A stretch of 46,894 bases of DNA from Candidatus Woesearchaeota archaeon (lineage in GTDB: Archaea > Nanobdellota > Nanobdellia > Pacearchaeales > GW2011-AR1), in contig CAZNOS010000002.1 in assembly GCA_964574775.1 (NCBI GenBank), forward strand, positions 1-46,894. Reading direction: 5' to 3'. Under the pieces are notes generated by a model. It worked only from the letters and a program-made list of their open reading frames with translations, searched no databases and was not told the origin of the DNA. Below are positions 42,197 through 46,894 of the stretch, piece after piece. Position numbers and translations under genes: made by a program. Within the stretch, counting starts at the first letter, position 1. Each line of letters begins with the position of its first letter.

Positions 42197-42844
42197 TTAG
42201 GATAATTTTAACGAAAGTTCTCTGTCAAAAAGGACTCTTGTATAAGATGGCTTATAGCTTATTCCTCTAATTTCTGCTTCTCGCATGTGTGTTCTGAATA
42301 TGTGTGGTGCGCCCATATATCTGTTAACTTTTATGTTTTCCCATATTACCTCATCAGCTTTTTCTAAGAACTTTCTTAATTTTATGTGGTGTCCGTTGCT
42401 CTGCGCATAAGAGCTCACTCCAGTCATTTCGGGAAATAATAGCATATATTCTATTCTATATCTTGGATCATTTCTGCAATTCATTTCAAATTGCTCATCT
42501 ACTGTTGGAATTTGCCCCCTGTGATCCCACGTAAAAATGTCTATTGCTCGTTGTGTCCAAGGTTTTTGATTGAATCTATAATGGGGTTGGTCTATTATAT
42601 CAATAGACATTCTTAATTTTTCGAGTTCTTCCCACGTAAGAGCATCAATCATGGCAATTTGCCACCCTTCTCTTTGGTGGTTTGTTATTAATCTTTTGTC
42701 TGCATCATTCAAATCTACTTCATCAACAAAACAAATTGGAGGAATGAACGTTAATTCTTCGACGGTAAATAGATTTTTTCCAAGACCCCCGCAACTATGG
42801 TCGCATGTTCTACACTTTTCACCTATGCAAGATGAGTCTTTCAT
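42197..42844 (-). CDS. Hypothetical protein with an N-terminal Cys cluster.
   Basis: 215 aa. The N-terminus is CIGEKCRTCDHSCGG (C-x4-C-x2-C-x3-C). The protein is Trp/His/Arg-rich and no family was recognised. Confidence 0.55.
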   Translation of the reverse strand: MKDSSCIGEKCRTCDHSCGGLGKNLFTVEELTFIPPICFVDEVDLNDADKRLITNHQREGWQIAMIDALTWEELEKLRMSIDIIDQPHYRFNQKPWTQRAIDIFTWDHRGQIPTVDEQFEMNCRNDPRYRIEYMLLFPEMTGVSSYAQSNGHHIKLRKFLEKADEVIWENIKVNRYMGAPHIFRTHMREAEIRGISYKPSYTRVLFDRELSLKLS

Positions 42845-42896
42845 GGTAAAATGAGAAAAAGTACTTTTTTATAGCTTTGGTATATTGAGAATATAT

Positions 42897-44192
42897 TTAT
42901 GGAGTTAGTCTATCTCTATCTCTAGGGAAGAGCACGGCTTCTCTAATATTCTTTATCCCGAGAACTAACATGGTTAATCTCTCTAATCCGATTCCCCAAC
43001 CTGCGTGTGGTGGAGCCCCATATCTGAATGAGTTGATATAATCTTTAAACATCTCTGGATTTAGTCCTTTGACTTTTAATCTTTCAATTAGTAATTCTGG
43101 TAAGTGTATTCTTTGACCACCAGATGTGATTTCCATTCCTTTGTAGATGGCGTCGAAACCATTTGCAAGTTTTGCTTTAGGATCTCCATCTTTGGGCATA
43201 ATATAGAAAGGTTTTCCAGAGAGTGGCCAGTCGTGAACGAAAACAATTGTGTCTGGGAATAGTTCGCCTAATTTTTCTTCTGATTCTCCGTTTAAATCAT
43301 CTTCGCCAACGTGAATTTTTTCTTTCTTCATTATTTCTGTAACTTCTGCGAAAGTCAAATATTTTACACTTGGAACTTTAAGTTCTACGCCTAAGATTTT
43401 TAATTCTTTTTCGTTGATTTCTAAAATTTTCTTGATAATATATTGAACTGTTTTTCCCATAATATCCATAACTATTTTATCGTCTGCGAAAGCCATTTCA
43501 AAATCCATTTGTCTTGCTTCGTTAAGGTGTCGGACTGTGTTGTGTTTTTCTGCTCTCCAAACTGTGAAGATTGTAAAAACTTTTTCCATAGAACATGCTA
43601 ACATCTGTTTGTAAAGTTGACAAGATTGCGAGAGGAATGCTTCTTGTTCGAAATATTTGATTTTAAAAACATCTGTTCCGCCCTCGCTGGATGCTCCGAT
43701 TAATCCTGGGAACGCTGCTTCGAGTGCTTTTTGTTCATTGATCATATACTCTCTAAACGCAGTCATGATTGTGGACTGTATTTTGAAAATTGCTTGAGTC
43801 TTGTCTCTGTGTAAATCTAAGAATCTGTTGTCTAGTCTGATTGGTAATTCTGTTTTTGAATAGTCTGAAACGTCGATTGGTAGTGGACTTTCTGCTTTTG
43901 CAAGAACTGTTATCTTTTCTGGAGCGATTTCTTTTCCGCCTGGTGCTTGTTTACAGTCTTTGATTGTACCGATAACTTCTATTACTGATTCTCTAGAAAT
44001 TTCATTCAAAAGCTTAAATGTCTCTGCGTCTGTTTCTTTTTCTACACCAGTTACTTGAACTCTTCCAGATATATCTTTTAGAATAATAAATCTAACTTTT
44101 TTCAAGTCTCTTGAGTCGTAGACCCATCCCTTAAGGCAAACCTTTTCGCCCTGTTTTTTTGTGAAGACTTCTTCAACGTAGTTTCTTTCCAT
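42897..44192 (-). CDS. aspS: Aspartyl-tRNA synthetase, archaeal/eukaryotic type (class IIb).
   Basis: An N-terminal OB domain is followed by RFLDLH, WRAEKHNTVRHLNE (FRAE-type motif 2) and GWGIGLERL...FPRD (motif 3). Confidence 0.9.
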   Translation of the reverse strand: MERNYVEEVFTKKQGEKVCLKGWVYDSRDLKKVRFIILKDISGRVQVTGVEKETDAETFKLLNEISRESVIEVIGTIKDCKQAPGGKEIAPEKITVLAKAESPLPIDVSDYSKTELPIRLDNRFLDLHRDKTQAIFKIQSTIMTAFREYMINEQKALEAAFPGLIGASSEGGTDVFKIKYFEQEAFLSQSCQLYKQMLACSMEKVFTIFTVWRAEKHNTVRHLNEARQMDFEMAFADDKIVMDIMGKTVQYIIKKILEINEKELKILGVELKVPSVKYLTFAEVTEIMKKEKIHVGEDDLNGESEEKLGELFPDTIVFVHDWPLSGKPFYIMPKDGDPKAKLANGFDAIYKGMEITSGGQRIHLPELLIERLKVKGLNPEMFKDYINSFRYGAPPHAGWGIGLERLTMLVLGIKNIREAVLFPRDRDRLTP

Positions 44193-44249
44193 AGTTGTGT
44201 TTGGAATTTTGGCTTTTTAAGGATTTTGATTTGTTATTCAGACTTCACT

Positions 44250-44600
44250 TTATCTATAAAATAGTAAAAACAAGGATAATAAAAAATAACCAAGTAATAC
44301 AATTTTGATTAGGATTTCTGGTAGAATGAGATGAAAATATTTTTTTAGTAATCTATTGATAAAAGATATATGGTGTTTCTCTAAACCAAGTTTTTTTCTT
44401 AATTTATCTTCTAGGAGTGTTAGTGGGCAGTGGGTATAGAAAGCTAGTTCGGAGCCAATTACTATTAAATAGAATAGTATGAAAAAAAATTGTGTTGGTT
44501 TATAAAAAATCAAAAACAGTCCCACGAACCCCAAGACAACAATAAGTGTGTGAATAATTCTTAATAAATTAAAGAGATAAAAGTTTGTTTTGGAAGTCAT
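44250..44600 (-). CDS. DUF2784-like membrane protein.
   Basis: 116 aa with three or four TMs and a CPLTLLEDKLRKK motif. Confidence 0.5.
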   Translation of the reverse strand: MTSKTNFYLFNLLRIIHTLIVVLGFVGLFLIFYKPTQFFFILFYLIVIGSELAFYTHCPLTLLEDKLRKKLGLEKHHISFINRLLKKYFHLILPEILIKIVLLGYFLLSLFLLFYR

Positions 44601-44676
44601 GTTTAGTTGAGGGAGTTTTGATTTTTAAGTATTTGTTTTTCCAAACATTTATTAATCATCTTTTCTGCTTTCTTTT

Positions 44677-44916
44677 ATGGCAGTAGATACAAAAAAACTT
44701 GAAGATTCGTTTAAGGCGATGGTAAAAGATAAACCAAGAGAAGAGGCTAAAAATAATATGTCTCCACAAGAAGAGATTGGTTTTCATAAGGGTTCATTGA
44801 ATACACTTTCTGCTGAAAGAAATGAGCTTGTCAAAATGGTCGGAAATGTCGAGGCAATTATGCAGGCGCATATTGTTAGATTAAAAGAATTAGGTATTGA
44901 TTTAGCTAGACAATAA
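44677..44916 (+). CDS. Hypothetical small coiled-coil protein.
   Basis: 79 aa, charged and helical. A TATA-like TTTATTAA lies about 30 nt upstream. Confidence 0.5.
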   Translation: MAVDTKKLEDSFKAMVKDKPREEAKNNMSPQEEIGFHKGSLNTLSAERNELVKMVGNVEAIMQAHIVRLKELGIDLARQ

Positions 44917-44982
44917 GCTACCATTTAATATATATATTTGTCTTGCCTATGTTTTTATAAGCGATTGTTTGTTTTTCTCTTT

Positions 44983-45579
44983 ATGGTTAAGAATTTGCTA
45001 ATCAGGGGTAATATAAAGATGGGCTCTGAAGTTTATCTGTTTAATCTTCCGCCAGTAAAAACTTGCACTCCTACTGATTGGTGTTTGCATGGGAAAAACG
45101 GAAAACCAGCTTGTTACGCTCTTGGTGGAAATTTTGTTTTTGAAAGTGTTAAGCGTGGTGCAATGGAGCGATTTGAGGCTTCACAACAATCTGATTTTGT
45201 AGATAGGATGTCTAGGGAAATAGAGCGTGCCAAGGTAAAATATTTTAGATTTCATGCCAGTGGGGATTTTTATTCTGAAGAATATGTTGGAAAAGTCCGA
45301 GATATTGCTTCTCTTTTTCCGAATGTTCTTTTTAGAACGACAACTAGAAGGAGAGATTTGAAAGAAGCGATACTCGAACTTGCTTCTCTTCCTAATTTTA
45401 TTGTCAGAGAAAGTCTAGATCATTGTCGTTCTGAGCCCGTAATGGGCTTGCCATTTGCAGCGCTTGATTCTCTCGATGTTGTTAAGACTGGAGATTCTTA
45501 TTTGTGTCAGAATGATTGTGAAGCGTGTGGATATCATTGCTGGCTTGGAAAAACGAATATGCATTTTGCACAACACTGA
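44983..45579 (+). CDS. Cys-rich protein resembling the phage GP88-domain family (tentative).
   Basis: MVKNLLIRGNIKMGSEVYLFNLPPVKTCTPTDWCLHG..KPACYALGGNF, then FRFHASGDF, and a C-terminal CQNDCEACGYHCW. The pattern is recalled from phage GP88-like proteins. The start could be 44983 or 45019. Confidence 0.4.
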   Translation: MVKNLLIRGNIKMGSEVYLFNLPPVKTCTPTDWCLHGKNGKPACYALGGNFVFESVKRGAMERFEASQQSDFVDRMSREIERAKVKYFRFHASGDFYSEEYVGKVRDIASLFPNVLFRTTTRRRDLKEAILELASLPNFIVRESLDHCRSEPVMGLPFAALDSLDVVKTGDSYLCQNDCEACGYHCWLGKTNMHFAQH

Positions 45580-45612
45580 GGGATTTTCGGTGTAAAGATT
45601 ATAGTAGAATAA

Positions 45613-46230
45613 TTACTTTTTAGGCACGTAATGATGATTCTGACATCTTGGTTCGTATCCTTCTTTTTTATCACCTATTAATATAATTGGGGAGTTGTAT
45701 GGTGCGGGTTTTCCGTTGATTAATCTTTGAGTTCTTGTCGCGGGCATTCCGCATCTTATTCCCCTTGGTGCATATTGGCAGACCGCCGTAAGCTTGTGAA
45801 CTTCATTTGCAATGGAAATAATTTGAGGCATTGGTCCGAATGGTTCTCCTCTGAAATCCATATCTAATCCAGCAACTACAACATATTTTTTTTGTCTCAA
45901 TAGTTCTTGAATTACGTTTACAATTTTAGGTTCCATAAATTCAGCCTCTTCTATTCCGACCAAAAGATTATCGGGTCTTACTAATTTCAGGATGTCTTCT
46001 GGATGTTTTTCGTCGATTGTTACGCAATTAATTTCTAGATTTCCAAAACGAGTTTTTATTATTCCAACGTCTCGGGTGTCTATTCCGGGTTTTATCATTA
46101 GTGGTGTTTCGTTGTGCATATAGTGGAGTCTGTCCGCTCTATTAACAAGTTCTCGAGTTTTGCCACAATTCATTGGTCCGCAAAATACCTCTAGATATCC
46201 ATGAGACATTTTTGGATTTGGGTCAGCCAT
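45613..46230 (-). CDS. tdk: Thymidine kinase.
   Basis: The P-loop is FCGPMNCGKT and the Walker B-like segment is GIEEAEF. The C-terminal Zn-ribbon/lasso region is C.....C...R......C..HH. Confidence 0.85.
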   Translation of the reverse strand: MADPNPKMSHGYLEVFCGPMNCGKTRELVNRADRLHYMHNETPLMIKPGIDTRDVGIIKTRFGNLEINCVTIDEKHPEDILKLVRPDNLLVGIEEAEFMEPKIVNVIQELLRQKKYVVVAGLDMDFRGEPFGPMPQIISIANEVHKLTAVCQYAPRGIRCGMPATRTQRLINGKPAPYNSPIILIGDKKEGYEPRCQNHHYVPKK

Positions 46231-46288
46231 ATTCTTGGTAGATTGGTTCTGTTTATAAGAATTATTGTAGTTAATTATATTGAGAATT

Positions 46289-46894
46289 CTATATTAACTT
46301 CCACAACAATTCAAAAGTATTTCTCTGGGTTTTGTTAATCTCTTCGTCTTCTATGACAATTCCGATTGGTTCTTTATTATTCAGGGAAATCATTGCAACT
46401 TTTTTATTATAAATCCACGTCGCTGTATTAAATTCGAAATTTTTAGGTAGTTTTTTACTTTGCAATAATTTTCTTGAGAAAGGTGGATCATCACTTAACA
46501 TTCTTACCTTTATTCCCAGCTCCTCTCTTCTTTTTACGGCACCGGGAAAATAAAATTCAAAGAGTTGTCTTAATCCTTTTGTTGAAGAAATTGCAAGAAT
46601 TTCTTTGTTTGCTGTAAGCAAATCTTCAATAACTGTTTTCATTCCGTCCTTGCCTTCATAAAATTCCACTTTTGGCTTCGATGGAGTTGATTTTTTAAGT
46701 TCATTCAAAGAAGGAAGAATGTTTTGAATAATTTCTTCTTTTTCTTTTAGTATTTGTTTTAGTTTAGAAGGATCAGAAGCTTCAAAGTGTTTTATTCCTG
46801 ATTTTATAACATAACTGATTAAGCCTTTCTTAATCAGAGAGTTTATTATTCCATAAGTTGTTTCTCGAACTATTCCTGTTTTTCTACTTATTTC
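46289..46894 (-). CDS. TrmB-family transcriptional regulator; the 5' end lies outside the window.
   Basis: The ORF is open to the window edge: EISRKTGIVRETTYGIINSLIKKGLISYVIKSGIKHFEASDP... (wHTH). A TrmB-like C-terminal domain similar to 34143-34910 follows. Confidence 0.75.
   Translation of the reverse strand, partial: EISRKTGIVRETTYGIINSLIKKGLISYVIKSGIKHFEASDPSKLKQILKEKEEIIQNILPSLNELKKSTPSKPKVEFYEGKDGMKTVIEDLLTANKEILAISSTKGLRQLFEFYFPGAVKRREELGIKVRMLSDDPPFSRKLLQSKKLPKNFEFNTATWIYNKKVAMISLNNKEPIGIVIEDEEINKTQRNTFELLWKLI

Noticed and set aside
5932-45579. The idea that the ORFans are recent horizontal acquisitions, based on higher GC or odd codon usage.
   Set aside because: By eye, soluble housekeeping genes such as psmB and fttA look compositionally similar to the ORFans. 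The apparent contrast is mainly with very AT-rich membrane-protein genes. I cannot compute statistics here, so I make no claim.
1-46894. Searched by eye for a CRISPR array, tRNA/rRNA genes, a transposase/integrase or IS inverted repeats.
   Set aside because: No regularly spaced direct repeats were seen. No T-loop-like GTTCRAATC occurs outside coding sequence. No recombinase-like ORFs were seen. The only mobile element recognised is the RtcB intein.

Overview
This is an AT-rich, gene-dense window of about 68 CDS in the standard genetic code, from an archaeal chromosome. It best fits a small-genome, host-dependent (DPANN-like) archaeon; that assignment is inference. Archaeal core genes are present: aIF2-beta, aCPSF1/FttA, proteasome beta, archaeal-type AspRS, GatC/GatA, intein-containing RtcB plus archease, a Trm5-like methyltransferase and Ogg2. 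First genes of transcription units carry TATA boxes about 25-30 nt upstream of their ATG, which looks leaderless. There are nucleotide-salvage genes (thymidine kinase, DNPH1-like, two Nudix, a mini UDG-like) and three TrmB-family regulators. Envelope and secreted functions are abundant: a type IV pilus-like locus, a pilin-signal GLUG-repeat protein, a Cys-rich modular secreted protein, a presenilin-like protease, HtpX, LemA, a metzincin, a membrane cyclophilin and a Trx-like protein. I found no rRNA, tRNA, CRISPR array, transposase or integrase, and no recognisable canonical defence system. The observations most worth follow-up are:
- A 49-bp direct repeat duplicates the htpX promoter and start codon and brackets a small membrane-protein gene inside a split lemA-htpX pair.
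- A gatC-nudix-nudix-S51 peptidase-gatA operon has start/stop overlaps at every junction and sits near aspS.
- The two halves of a FlaJ/PilC-type platform protein are separated by one in-frame TAA.
- A tightly packed operon (orf84, TrmB, two TM coiled-coil proteins) lies divergent from a possible Sm-like gene.
- An ORFan two-gene cassette lies between the rtcB side of the cluster and archease.
- RtcB carries a LAGLIDADG intein at its metal-binding Cys, with a non-canonical Ser-Asn C-terminus.
- About 15 ORFans of unknown function are interleaved singly with housekeeping genes.
All functional calls rest on motif recognition by eye. No database search was run.
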